Below are positions 42,715 to 52,904 of a DNA stretch of 64,000 nucleotides, piece after piece. A program made the translations under genes and the position numbers. The notes beneath the pieces are model-generated. The model saw only the letters and a program-made list of their open reading frames with translations, searched no databases and had not been told where the DNA came from. Location of the stretch: NCBI GenBank assembly GCA_963818475.1, contig CAWFSF010000005.1:64001-128000 (forward strand), in the 5' to 3' direction. How positions within the stretch are numbered: position 1 is the stretch's first letter; every line of letters begins with the position of its first letter. Origin of the DNA: Nitrospirota bacterium (GTDB lineage: Bacteria > Nitrospirota > UBA9217).

Positions 42715-42990
42715 TCATGCGGCCTCCTGAGCGGCGGCTATCCTTCTCCCGGACACCAGCCTGTCTTGCGGACGTTTGCATTCGAGCACCAGCTTTTTAA
42801 CGATCTGATCTATGTCCTCGGGCCTGACGCGCTGCTCGGGAGTCATGGAAAAGACCGCTTTTTTCATTCGAGTCTCGTACGTTTCGCCGCCCTCGATAAC
42901 GTCGTGATCGACGATGGTTACGTTGACCGGTTCGGTAAAATAGATATCAGCAACGACGCCGCTTTCGATCTTGATGATGATGTGGTTCAT
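42715..42990 (-). CDS. Hypothetical protein (91 aa), paralog of 53529..53804
   Basis: MNHIIIKIESGVVADIYFTEP...; GGAGG RBS; close paralog in the window. Confidence 0.85.
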   Translation of the reverse strand: MNHIIIKIESGVVADIYFTEPVNVTIVDHDVIEGGETYETRMKKAVFSMTPEQRVRPEDIDQIVKKLVLECKRPQDRLVSGRRIAAAQEAA

Positions 42991-43083
42991 TTCTGCCTCC
43001 TGGGCCGCCTATTTCGCCACTCCACCGCTCTTCCTTACGGGACATCCCATGGTGGTGCAGAAGCGTTTATCCGTTATTGAGCG

Positions 43084-43138
43084 ATGATACAGGAGAGGTA
43101 TTACAGGAGCGTGAAATAACCGTAAAAGTTCGGTTAAG
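43084..43138 (-). promoter_or_regulatory. Pho-box promoter of the 91-aa gene (copy B)
   Basis: CTTAACCGAAC TTTTACGGTTA TTTCACGCTCC TGTAATACCTC TCCTG-TATCAT. Confidence 0.8.
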
Positions 43139-43240
43139 TTATCGACCGGATCCGGATCAAACAGGCTGCTCCGTTGCAACGCTTGGGAGGCAGGCGAAGA
43201 GGTTGCAACGACAGGGAGCGCTACTTCGGGACCGGCGTAT

Positions 43241-43339
43241 TTACGTTCCATGAATGATAAGAACAATAAAACCGATCGCGAGGACCAGCCCTGCTGCAGT
43301 CAGTCCGTATTCTATTGTTTTCAGGATCTTCTTATTCAT
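43241..43339 (-). CDS. 32-aa single-TM small protein (absent from ORF track)
   Basis: MNKKILKTIEYGLTAAGLVLAIGFIVLIIHGT*; GGAGG RBS; paralog at 53413..53493. Confidence 0.7.
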   Translation of the reverse strand: MNKKILKTIEYGLTAAGLVLAIGFIVLIIHGT

Positions 43340-43422
43340 GCGGCATTTCCTCCACACCTTCATCGCTTTTCTGCGCCTTCCCTCATCGTGGGGCCGTGCA
43401 GCATAGTGCAGGCCACACGGTA

Positions 43423-43653
43423 TCAGCGCTTTTGCGTCAAACGTTCCTTAACACACTTGCTCACCAGAATGGGAAGGAAGGACTTCACTGTGCAGTCCTT
43501 TCCCAGTTCTTCCAGGAGTTCCCGGTACATTCTGTTGACCTCTTCCGCCGAAATGCCGAGTTCGTGCACGAGTCTGTCTATGGCGCGGACGTGAAGATCG
43601 TTGTCCTTGTCGTAGCTGTACCGTGCAGGGTCCGTTAGTGTGTGGTTCGCCAT
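43423..43653 (-). CDS. DUF3562-like small helical protein
   Basis: AIDRLVHELGISAEEV...TVKSFLPILVSKCVKERL; AAGGAGG RBS. Confidence 0.75.
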   Translation of the reverse strand: MANHTLTDPARYSYDKDNDLHVRAIDRLVHELGISAEEVNRMYRELLEELGKDCTVKSFLPILVSKCVKERLTQKR

Positions 43654-43708
43654 GGCAGTACCTCCTTCATGCTTTATAACGGGCCGCGAATACGCGCGTA
43701 GTGAGTCG

Positions 43709-43763
43709 ATACTACATGCCGGCCGTTACAGGAACATGACGATCTGGTGAAGTTTCTATTAAA
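43709..43763 (-). promoter_or_regulatory. Pho-box promoter of DUF3562 and the small TM protein
   Basis: TTTAATAGAAA CTTCACCAGAT CGTCATGTTCC TGTAACGGCCG GCATG-TAGTAT. Confidence 0.8.
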
Positions 43764-43774
43764 TTTGCATGTTC

Positions 43775-44020
43775 CCTTCAGGACCCGCGCCCTTAAAAGA
43801 AAGTCCGGGTGCTCCGCCAGAAGGGCCTCGTACTTCTCCACCGTGATCTTGTCGCCCGCATTGGCGTACCGGATCGCCTGATATGCCGCGAAGGCCTTCT
43901 CCTGCGGCGTCAGTTGCGCAAGAAAGGCCGGTTTCTGCCGGTAATAGGGGCCTGCCGGGGGTCTGCATAATCATCGAGGAATATACGGTTCCATGTGATC
44001 GCCTTCTTGAGATCGACGAG
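43775..44020 (-). pseudogene. Internal fragment paralogous to the TPR membrane protein at 47242..48383
   Basis: Reads LVDLKKAITWNRIFLDDYADPRQ..YYRQK..PQEKAFAAYQAIRYANAGDK...YEALLAEHPDFLLRA versus LVDLKKAMKW..DEYADARQ..PQEQAFADYQAIRFSNAGDK...YEALLARRPDFLLKA. Confidence 0.85.
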
Positions 44021-44079
44021 TTTGATTTCGGGGGGATGCCAAAGCAGTGCCAGGACAAGCAACGGAATGAACTTAAACG

Positions 44080-45099
44080 TTACCATGACGCCTTCCTCGG
44101 AGGGGCGGTTGCCGGATTAGCCAGGTAATTGGCGGTGAAAATATACTCACACAAGGCCTGCTTGAACGTCCCCCCTTCGCTCGTTCGCCCGGCAGCCTGA
44201 TCTGAAAGATATTTATTGAGCGCGGCAAGGAAGTTCTGATCGTTTATGCCGCCTTGAATTTTTACCAACGGCGCAACGACAAGGGGAAAATCGACCATCT
44301 CCTTTCCCGTCCCGAGTGCCAATCTCGCCTCCCATGCCCCTTCGCCCGGCAACACCGTGATGACCCAGCTTTTTTCGTCTACCTTCTGCACCGAAACGAG
44401 TTTCGCGTCCAACAGTGCGATATCGGGTGAATGATTCCCCTCGGCCTGCAGTTGCAGCCTGATCACGACCGGAGTTTTCCCGTCGGAAAGGGCAATGGCC
44501 GGATCCTGCGCTATCCTCTTCCCGTCATTGCGTTTAAAAAGGGCGGAAAAAGTCTGCAATCCCTTCTCTCCCTTGAATTCCCTGAATCGCTGCAGAACGC
44601 TCTTTTCCCGCTCATCGAAACTGATCAGCTTTGCCGCACCCGGCACTCTCGAGGCCGGTTCACCGCGGGGCTCGTCCGACGGGCCCGGCGGCGGGGAGTA
44701 GGTCAGGGCAGGGACGGGGAAGCTTTTCCCCGTTGTGTCCCTGACGGTTGCAGTTACCTGATTGATGACCCCGGGCAAATCTCCTTTTTTTTCGAACCTC
44801 AGATCGAGCTCGAAGGCCGCATCGGGATTTTCCCGGAACACATTGACAAGCAGCGTCCCCGGAGTATTTGCGTAAACATTAGTGAGGGTGCCTCCGTTCG
44901 CCGTCACCCGGGGATGCGCCAGGGAAGTCGTGTCGTAATCGATCGTTATGTCCATGGCTTCCACGCCGATGATATTATCACCCTCGATAAAAAACGCACC
45001 ATCGCCGTTGGGCGTGACAAGCATCTGCATCGCGGCAAAAGACCCGGCCGGGCAGAGAAGGACGAGCAACAGACCCATGATGCACACGGTGTTTCTCAT
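44080..45099 (-). CDS. Exported beta-rich protein (cohesin-like N-domain)
   Basis: Signal peptide; GVEAMDITIDYDTTSL beta-rich segment; Pro-rich linker; C-terminal EYIFTANYL. Confidence 0.7.
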   Translation of the reverse strand: MRNTVCIMGLLLVLLCPAGSFAAMQMLVTPNGDGAFFIEGDNIIGVEAMDITIDYDTTSLAHPRVTANGGTLTNVYANTPGTLLVNVFRENPDAAFELDLRFEKKGDLPGVINQVTATVRDTTGKSFPVPALTYSPPPGPSDEPRGEPASRVPGAAKLISFDEREKSVLQRFREFKGEKGLQTFSALFKRNDGKRIAQDPAIALSDGKTPVVIRLQLQAEGNHSPDIALLDAKLVSVQKVDEKSWVITVLPGEGAWEARLALGTGKEMVDFPLVVAPLVKIQGGINDQNFLAALNKYLSDQAAGRTSEGGTFKQALCEYIFTANYLANPATAPPRKASW

Positions 45100-45152
45100 C
45101 GCCTTTTCCCCTCGTTCATGACCCCAAAATGAATATGCTGCACGGGAGCGCG

Positions 45153-45767
45153 TCAGGGCTCGATTGCCGGTTTACTGTTGCTTTCACCCGGCAATGATAC
45201 GAGCCCTGCTTCCTTTGACATCAGGAACACCATCAACCCAAAGATTATGAAGAGAAAGCTCAGCAGGGTGATCGGCGGCAGCCCGCCGTTCCATTTCCGG
45301 ACCTGCAACCAGCCGTCCCAGCCCATGGCGAAAAGATGGCCTGCGACCAGGGCGTACACAGCGGCTGTCGTGGTTCTCCATTCCGCCGGCTTCAGGACGC
45401 AGGCATTCAGGCGCCAGATGCAATAAGCCGCCATCGCCCCGAAGAGGACCGTCGCCTCTCCAGTCAGGCTCATCTTGCCATTGTCGAAGAATTTATCAAA
45501 ATAGCTTTTTGAAAGAATCGAAAGCGATAAAAGGACATGAACGAAGACCAGGTTCGTGCAAGCTCGGCTCCAGAAAGCGGTAACTTCCCGCCGGCTGCGC
45601 AGGAGAGACATGGCTGCAATGAGCAGCGATACCGCCGCCGTCATGGAGAGGGCCTTGTTCAGAACATAAACCGGCACATGGATGAGTGAAACACCGCCGA
45701 ACCCGCAATATCGTACAACGGCATACATCGTTGTGGAAAACGCTACCAGTAATAATTGATTTACCAT
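45153..45767 (-). CDS. Integral membrane protein (about 6 TM, intramembrane His residues)
   Basis: 204-aa hydrophobic ORF; YVLNKALS, VFVHVLLS, VAGHLF, GW..W..GLPPITL resemble ferric-reductase-like TM segments. Confidence 0.7.
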   Translation of the reverse strand: MVNQLLLVAFSTTMYAVVRYCGFGGVSLIHVPVYVLNKALSMTAAVSLLIAAMSLLRSRREVTAFWSRACTNLVFVHVLLSLSILSKSYFDKFFDNGKMSLTGEATVLFGAMAAYCIWRLNACVLKPAEWRTTTAAVYALVAGHLFAMGWDGWLQVRKWNGGLPPITLLSFLFIIFGLMVFLMSKEAGLVSLPGESNSKPAIEP

Positions 45768-45821
45768 ACGTTATCGTTCCTTCTCTTCTCGCCCATTTAT
45801 CGGGTAGTTTTTCAATTTATT

Positions 45822-46967
45822 TCAAATCCCCCCGAACGGGCACTCCGGATCGGAAGCGGAGAAGTCGCCTCCCACGAACCCGGCCACGGCGCGGCACCCC
45901 CCCTTGCAGATTTCGAGATAGTCGCACGATCGGCAGGGCTCCGGCGCACGGTCAGTCCAGGTACGCAAGCGCGAAAGATGTTCCGAGCTGCTCCAGAGTC
46001 GGGGCAGCTCGAAAACGCTCTCCTCACCGGACAAGAAGGAGCAGCCCGCAAACCTGCCGTCCGAGCGGACCCCCAGAAGGACGTTGCCGGCCTCGCAGCC
46101 GTATACCGAGAACTGCTCCATCATCTTCTTGTCCGGCCGGTGCCAGCAGAACATCGGGACAAAGGAACAGTCGATTTTGGCCGGGACCCCGCAATCTAGG
46201 GAGAGGCGTCTGAGCATCGGATAGAATTCCCGGTTCTGGGCCGGAGTCAATCGCCGTTCGAAATAATTCTGTCTCCCCCTGCCCGAGGGTTTGAGGCGCA
46301 GAAGCTCCACATCGGAGAGCCCCCGTTCCCGGGCAAAGGTGAACAACTCGTGAAGGTGAGCGAAGCTCTGCCTGGTCACGACGCAGTTCAGGCCGACGTT
46401 GACGCCCGCCTCCAGAAGCATATCCACTCCGCGCATTGCCGCTGCGAAAGAAGCGGGACTCCGGCCGGCTTTCCCGTCACCCGCCGTGGCGTCGATGCTG
46501 ACGTTTACCTGGCCGAACATGCGGCATTGTGCGGCATATTCTCTGGACATCAAGACGCCGTTCGTGGTCAGGTTGGGGACGATGCCGCGGCTGCGCACAT
46601 AGGCGGCCAGTTCAAAGAAATCGGAGCGCTCCAGCGCCTCTCCGCCGCCCAGGGCCATATGGAACACCCCCATGCCGGCCAGCAGATCGACGGCCTTGCG
46701 AAACTCTTCAGCCGTCAGCTCGCCCGTGTCCGTTTTTCCCGAATCCATATAGCAGTGGCCGCATTGCTGGGAACAGGCGTTGGTCACTGAAAAATGGACC
46801 TCCAGCGGGGCGGAAAGAACACGGGTTTCCGGCCCTTCCCACAGCGGGCTGTGCTCGTGGCCCAGGCTCCGCATGAATTCCCGGTCCACGTGCACCAGCG
46901 TCGGGGGATTTTCCAATGACAGTATCCCCCCGAACGTCTCTAAGCGATGTTTCATGACGCCCATCAT
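45822..46967 (-). CDS. Radical SAM/SPASM domain protein
   Basis: CSQQCGHC, GGGEAL, TTNG, VSIDA; SPASM CEAG...DGRFAGC...CRSCDYLEICKGGC...DPEC. Confidence 0.95.
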   Translation of the reverse strand: MMGVMKHRLETFGGILSLENPPTLVHVDREFMRSLGHEHSPLWEGPETRVLSAPLEVHFSVTNACSQQCGHCYMDSGKTDTGELTAEEFRKAVDLLAGMGVFHMALGGGEALERSDFFELAAYVRSRGIVPNLTTNGVLMSREYAAQCRMFGQVNVSIDATAGDGKAGRSPASFAAAMRGVDMLLEAGVNVGLNCVVTRQSFAHLHELFTFARERGLSDVELLRLKPSGRGRQNYFERRLTPAQNREFYPMLRRLSLDCGVPAKIDCSFVPMFCWHRPDKKMMEQFSVYGCEAGNVLLGVRSDGRFAGCSFLSGEESVFELPRLWSSSEHLSRLRTWTDRAPEPCRSCDYLEICKGGCRAVAGFVGGDFSASDPECPFGGI

Positions 46968-46991
46968 TGCTCCTTCTGGCCATGTATCCGA

Positions 46992-47189
46992 TCATCGGCC
47001 GTTCACTTTTTTTTGCGCCTCTTCCAGTCGCCCGTCCTCTTGAGCTTTGGCCGCAACGGCAATCGCCGCGACAGTGTTAAAGAGGACCGTGGCTGCCGCT
47101 CCCGCGGTGAAGAAGACGATTATATCTGCGCCGACGCTGCTGGAGTTCGGATTGTAGCCGGTTTTGATCTTCAGGATGCGTCCTCTCAT
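46992..47189 (-). CDS. 65-aa peptide with GYNPNSSS motif and TM helix (candidate rSAM substrate)
   Basis: MRGRILKIKTGYNPNSSSVG + hydrophobic IIVFFTAGAAATVLFNTVAAIAVAA + charged tail; 24 nt upstream of the rSAM gene. Confidence 0.8.
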   Translation of the reverse strand: MRGRILKIKTGYNPNSSSVGADIIVFFTAGAAATVLFNTVAAIAVAAKAQEDGRLEEAQKKVNGR

Positions 47190-47241
47190 TTTTCTTGCCT
47201 TCCTTGTCCGGATTTATTGCGCGCTGCCCCGGCTCTCACGT

Positions 47242-48383
47242 TCAATTGATCTTTTCACCTGACACGGGTTTCTGGACTGCTTGCGGATTTTGTCCTGTTT
47301 CGAACCAGCCGCGGTACTTGACGGCAAAATCGTCCATGATCTTGGGGCCGTTCGGCTGGTATATAAAGAACAGGTAGAGCACCGCCGTCGTCATCAACAC
47401 AGTAAGGAGAGGACTGAGCCAAAGCAGCGCGCGCCGCCGTGTCTGCCAGAAGTTCCCACTGGTCAAAAGCAGCAGCCAGAAGAGGACCGGCAGGTTGATG
47501 ACGGCCGCGATGTAGACCACGGAGTCCGGAAAGCGAAATTGATCGGCTGAACTGTCGATGGCATAGAAGGACGGTATTCTTGAGGCGGCCAGGAGGAGCC
47601 AAAGACAACTGACTATCATGAAGGTTTTGAGCGAGGCCCGGGTCATCCCCTCCCAGGGCTTCATCAAAAGGGCCGCGGCCCAAAGGACCGCGACGACTCC
47701 CCAGGCAACGCCTGCCCAGACCGTTGTCATCCGCCAGTGGCGGCGGGCCTTCGCATGAGCCAGCCGATCGCTTTCGGTCACGTCTTTACCGCCGCGTTGA
47801 ACAAGGTACTGAAAGGCGAGATAGCTTTGCCCGCGCTTGTCCAGGCGGTCATAGGCCTGGCCCAGCTCCCGTTGGACCTCGGCCTTCAAAAGAAAATCGG
47901 GGCGCCTGGCCAGCAGCGCCTCGTACCTTTCCACAACAGCCTTGTCTCCCGCATTGGAGAACCGGATGGCCTGGTAGTCCGCGAAGGCCTGCTCCTGGGG
48001 CAGGAGTGCCGCGAGCAGGGAAATTTTGTCTCGGTAGACAATCGCCTGACGCGCGTCGGCATATTCATCCCTGTATACCCCGTACCATTTCATGGCCTTC
48101 TTGAGGTCGACAAGGTTGTTTTCATAAAGGTTCCCCAGCATCTGCACGGCATACCGGCGCGCGTTGCTTCCCCGGTGCTTGTCGCTATTTCCAGATTGAC
48201 GGTTTCGGCGTCGGCATAGCGGCCTTGGACAAAGTCCTGTTGGGCTTTCTTCTGCAAATCATCCGCCAAGGTACTCGCCGGTGATGCCGGGGCGACGAGG
48301 GGCAGACAAAGCAGACCAGCGAAAAATGCCAAGACGAGCAGAGGAGTGTATTTTAGTTTCGGCATGTCATTCAGGGGTATCAT
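47242..48383 (-). CDS. Exported TPR domain + C-terminal multi-TM protein (frameshift near 48170)
   Basis: Signal peptide, TPR-like helices (AQQDFVQGRYADA, ELGQAYDRLD), four hydrophobic segments; GAGGA RBS. Confidence 0.8.
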
Positions 48384-48399
48384 CTTTATCCTCGCCGGA

Positions 48400-48454
48400 A
48401 TATTACTCTATTTCTGTTACGGGGATATTACGTCGATATTATATTTGTGTTAAA
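48400..48454 (-). promoter_or_regulatory. Pho-box promoter of the TPR-peptide-rSAM operon
   Basis: TTTAACACAAA TATAATATCGA CGTAATATCCC CGTAACAGAAA TAGAG-TAATAT. Confidence 0.82.
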
Positions 48455-48507
48455 GCTGTTTTCACGCACGAAGCCGGTTGGCAAAACGATGAGGTGGCTT
48501 CATCCGG

Positions 48508-49867
48508 CTAAGACGAGATCAGCCGCAAGTTGAACAACCGCTCGATTAGCCATGTAAAGCCCAGCATGAAAATAGCCAGCGACACTCCAAAGGTCACTTT
48601 TCTGAATTCCATTTTACTTTTAAGCAGGTACAGGACCGGCAACAGTACCAGGAAAATCATCAGTTGTCCGACTTCCACACCCAGGTTGAAGGAGACTACC
48701 GATACCAGCAGGTTCGATTTTCCGACGATCAACTCCTGGAGAACGCTTGCGAAACCGAAGCCGTGGATCAGCCCGAAACCGAACGTCACGAGCCAGCGGT
48801 AATTAACTTTTTTCTTGAACAGGTTTTCAAGCGCGACAAAGCAAATGGAAAAGGCTATGACCGATTCCACAATCCGGGAATTCAAGCTGACGACCTGCAT
48901 CGCCGCCAGGAGCAGGGTAATGCTGTGCGCTACCGTAAATGCGGTGATTATCTTCAAGACTTCCTTGATTGACAGCCCGATCACGATGAGCGCCAGGAGA
49001 AATGCCATGTGGTCGTAGCCGGTCAGAATATGTTCGATGCCGAGCAGGATGAATTGACCGATAGAGGTCCACACCGGATGGCCCGCCGGACTGCGCCGGA
49101 CACTTTGTTGTGCAACAGGCGCGCCGGGGTTGTTCAGGACCTGCTTGATGCGCTCCGGATCGGTGCGTACTGCCTCTTTTCCTTGAGCGGCTGCGCTCAT
49201 TGGCTTCCCGGCTGTTGCGTGTACGGCCGCACTATCCTTTCGATTTTGCGTTGCCCGCTCTTCGTCGTCTTCGGCCCCGGGACTGCCGGCCACAGGGCCC
49301 TGAATGGTAAATTCCCAGACACGGACAGTGTTCTCGAAAAAGGTACTGTCGTTCAGGCTGCGAAAAATCCAGGACCTTTTGAAGGTCCGCACCGACGGCA
49401 TCCGTCAAATAGAAAAACGCAAGGTTGACGTGCTGGTTGTCCGTTTCATCGAACAGCATGCGATACTCGATTTTGACCTGGTTTGGGCTGTTGTGGAAGC
49501 CGATGTTTTCCGCCGCAAGCCATATTTGAAAATAGTTATTCTCATTTCTGGTAAGTTTCGTGACTTTTAGGGGATATGTCGTCCCGTTGACGGAGAGGGA
49601 CAGTTTGTCATTCACACAGGGCTGAAGCGCGGAAGCGGCGATGTTTGGGAGCTGTTCAGGGGAAAGAGCTTCGGGATTGTAACCAGCTTCCTTGACCCCT
49701 TTGATGTCGCCGAATAAAAGCGGGTTGAACTCCATGATGGCGGTGAGGCTGTTTTTTCCGAAACACCACCGGGAGCCCCCCATGGGCATGTTGTGAGCGG
49801 ACACCGGGACAGCTATGAAAAGAAACAGGATCAGGAAGATGAATGATAAAGGTTTTCTGAATGGCAT
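48508..49867 (-). CDS. HupE/UreJ-family membrane protein with N-terminal periplasmic domain (frameshifted)
   Basis: Signal peptide then AH; GIEHILTGYDH, TAFTVAHSITL, FGLIHGFGFA, FNLGVEVGQ. Confidence 0.88.
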
Positions 49868-49912
49868 AATCGTCAAAACCCCCCGGCTGCCTTTTGATGA
49901 ATGCAAAGGAAA

Positions 49913-49958
49913 CCCTCACCTTTGTCCGTTCCCCATCGAGGAGAGACAAAGGTGAGGG
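49913..49958 (-). terminator. Hairpin after the phosphoesterase gene
   Basis: ccctcacctttgtc / gacaaaggtgaggg 14-bp stem, followed by tttcctt on the minus strand. Confidence 0.55.
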
Positions 49959-50010
49959 AATAACAGTATGTCCTTGCCACTGCAGTTTATGCTGCTCTGA
50001 TACGATCGAC

Positions 50011-52759
50011 CTACTGGTACGTTATAACAAGCTTCGGCGCTTTGGTCGCCGACACGTCGTACGCCCTGGCGGTCCGCTTGCCGGTGCCGGTGACGATGAA
50101 GGCCATGGCGTTGTTCTGCGCCCAGCCCGTACGGTTCACGATTTCCTGGACGATCGTCTTCAGGTCCGGGGTCCGCTGGTCCGCGCCCGCGGCGTCCACG
50201 GTGTTCCAGGCAACCGGGCTCCAGGCTACGGAGGCGGTCGTTTTGGCACGGGAGGAGACGTTGTAGGCCGCCGTGGTGAAGGTGGCCGCATTGTCCGCGG
50301 CCTGGCCCTTGATGGTCAGGCTCGTGGCGGTGGAGCCGGTCTCGTCCACGGTGAACTGGATGTAGGCATTGGTGATGGTCTTGCCCTTCGGCACGTTCAC
50401 ATTGGTGAAGCGCATGCCGACGTACTGGTTGCCGGTCGTGGAGGAGTCATAGACCAGTTCCAGGTCGCTGCTGTTGTTGTACATCGTGCCGCCGGTCTGG
50501 CGCTCTTCCACGTCGTCATTGCTTGTGTTCACCTGGGAGTTTACGGTGACGGGCGTGGAAGCGCTGGGCGTGGCGGACGCCTGGTTGGAGTTGCCGCTTT
50601 CACCGTTGGCGTTCACGGCGGACACGACATAGTAATAGGTCGTACCGTTGGTCAGGCCGGTGTTGACATAGGTCACGGCGGTCACGCCGGTGGCCACGGT
50701 CGTGTAAGGTCCGCCGCTCACGGTGGCGCGCTTGACGCTGTAGCTCGTTGCGCCGGAGGACGCGGTCCAGGAAAGGCTGACCTGTCCGTTGCCCGCGGTC
50801 GCGGCGAGGCCCGTGGGGGCAACCGGTGGGGCAGGCGCGGTCGGCGTGGCCGAGGCCTGGTTGGAGTTGCCGCTCTCGCCGTTGGCGTTCACGGCGGTCA
50901 CGACGTAGTAATAGGTCGTGCCGTTCGTGAGGCCCGTGTTCGTGACGTTCGTCGAGGTCACGCCCGCCGCCACGGTCGTGTACGGCCCGCCGCTCACGGT
51001 GCTGCGTTTTACGTTGTAGCTCGTTGCGCCGAAGGAGGCAGTTCCAGGAAAGGTTCACCTGGGCATTGCCCGCAGTCGCGGTGAGGCCCGTGGGAGCCGC
51101 GGGAACGGACGCGCCGTGGGTCACGGTAATCGTATCGACCACCGTGCCGTCGGTCTTTTTGGCTTTCATGGTCATGGTGTTGCCGTTGATGTCGAAGGAG
51201 CAATAGCTCAATCCGCTGTAGCCCGCAACAACGTTGGGCTGCCCCATATCGACGGCATAGAGCGGCGCGCCGCCGCCGCCGTCGGTGATGTGCGGAATAT
51301 TATTTACCATGGCGCGGACATAGTTGTGGTTGTGGCCCGTCAGGACCATATCGACCCCGTACTGGAGAACGAGGGGCTGGATGACGTTCTGGACCGTGGT
51401 GTTGTTGGCGTGGGTGCCCGCGGCCCAGCCCGGCTCGTGGATCAGGATGATCTTCCAGGGCTTGGTCGTCGTGGCGAGATCGTTGACGAGCCAGTTGTAC
51501 TGCGCGGTGCCGGAGGTGTAGCCGCCGCCCGTGTACTGGTCTACCACGCTCACGTGGAGCGGGCCGTAATCAAAGGACCAATAGGCGCCTGCCGTATACG
51601 GGTAAGGATAGTACTTCGCATAGTAGGTGCCGGTGCCCTCGTGGTTGCCCTTGACCCCGTTGATGGGGGTCTCGGCCAAAAGTGCGCGGGTCTGCGGGTT
51701 CGCGTTGAACCACTCAGACGTCCAGGCGGATTCGGCGTCGCTCGAGACCCAGTCCCCGACCTGCAGGGTCAGGCTCTGGAACGCGGGGTCCGTTGCGTAT
51801 TCCGCGCGCATCCGGTTAATGACCTGTTCCATGCTCGCCGGGTTGGACCGGGTGTCGCCGAAGGCGAGGAACTTCACCGCCGTTGCGCTTGCGGCCGGCG
51901 CGGCCACGAACGAGCCCGTGCCGTAGACGGTCCCGCCCGCGGTGGCTGATACCTGGTAGTAATACTTGGTGGAAGGCGTTAAGCCCGTGATGGCGTACTT
52001 GTGCTGGTGGCTGGAGCCGTACTCCGCCACGTTGGCGCTGCCCATGGTGTAATTCGTGTCCTGGTCCACCACGGTGAAGTGGACCGGGCCGTAGTCAAAG
52101 GACCAGTAGAAGTTGGCTGCATAGGGATAGGGATAGTACTTCTTATAATATGTGCCGGTCCCTTCGTGGTTGCCCTTGACGCCGTTGATGGGGGTTTCGG
52201 CAAACAGAGCACGCGTCTGCGGGTTCGCATTGAACCACTCCGCGGTCCAGGCGGATTCGGCGTCACTCGAAACCCAGTCTCCGGCCTGCAGGACAAGGCC
52301 CTGGTATGCGGGGTCCGAAGCGTATTCCGCGCGCATCTTCGTGACCACTTTTTCCATGTCCGACGGTGTGGAGCGGGTATCCCCGAAGGCGAGGAACTTC
52401 ACAGCCGTGGCCGTGGCTGCCGGAGCGGTAACAAACGACCCGGAGCCGTACACGGTCCCGCCTGCGGTGGAGATAACCTGGTAATAATACTTGGTATCCG
52501 GCTGTAGGCCGGTGATGGCGTACTTGTGCTGGTTGCTGGTGCCGTACTCCGCGACGTTCGCGCTTCCCAGGCTGTAGCTGGTGTCCGTGCCCCACTTGAT
52601 CACGTTCGTTTCCGTCGCGTTGTCCTGCCAGAGCACGGTCATTGCCGCGTTCGTGTTTTCATAGATCAGGTAAGGCACTTTGGTTATGCCGGCAAAGGCC
52701 GCCGTAGTGCATAACAAAAAGACCAGTAAAACTCCGATGCTTCTTTTTAGTACATTCAT
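50011..52759 (-). CDS. Secreted purple-acid-phosphatase-like metallophosphoesterase with FN3 repeats and C-terminal beta domain (frameshift near 51035)
   Basis: Signal peptide from ATG 52759 (AAGGAGG RBS); FGDTR, GDW, GNHE, IHEP, GHNH; two FN3 repeats (TGLTNGTTYYYVV). Confidence 0.9.
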
Positions 52760-52904
52760 AATTCCTCCTTTTTCAGGTCGTTGCGACCCGGAATGAGAGA
52801 AGTTGCATGCAGCGACCTCTCCTGCTTCAAAATCTGACTGCAAAGAAATGTGAGAAGCACCTCCTTTTCTGGCCATCCGATTTCGCCGACGCGTGGCTGC
52901 GTTA

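Noticed and set aside
43241-43339. Small IEYGL peptide as an Flp pilin
   Set aside because: Lacks the Gly cleavage site, too short, and no tad or prepilin peptidase genes nearby; kept only as a small TM peptide.
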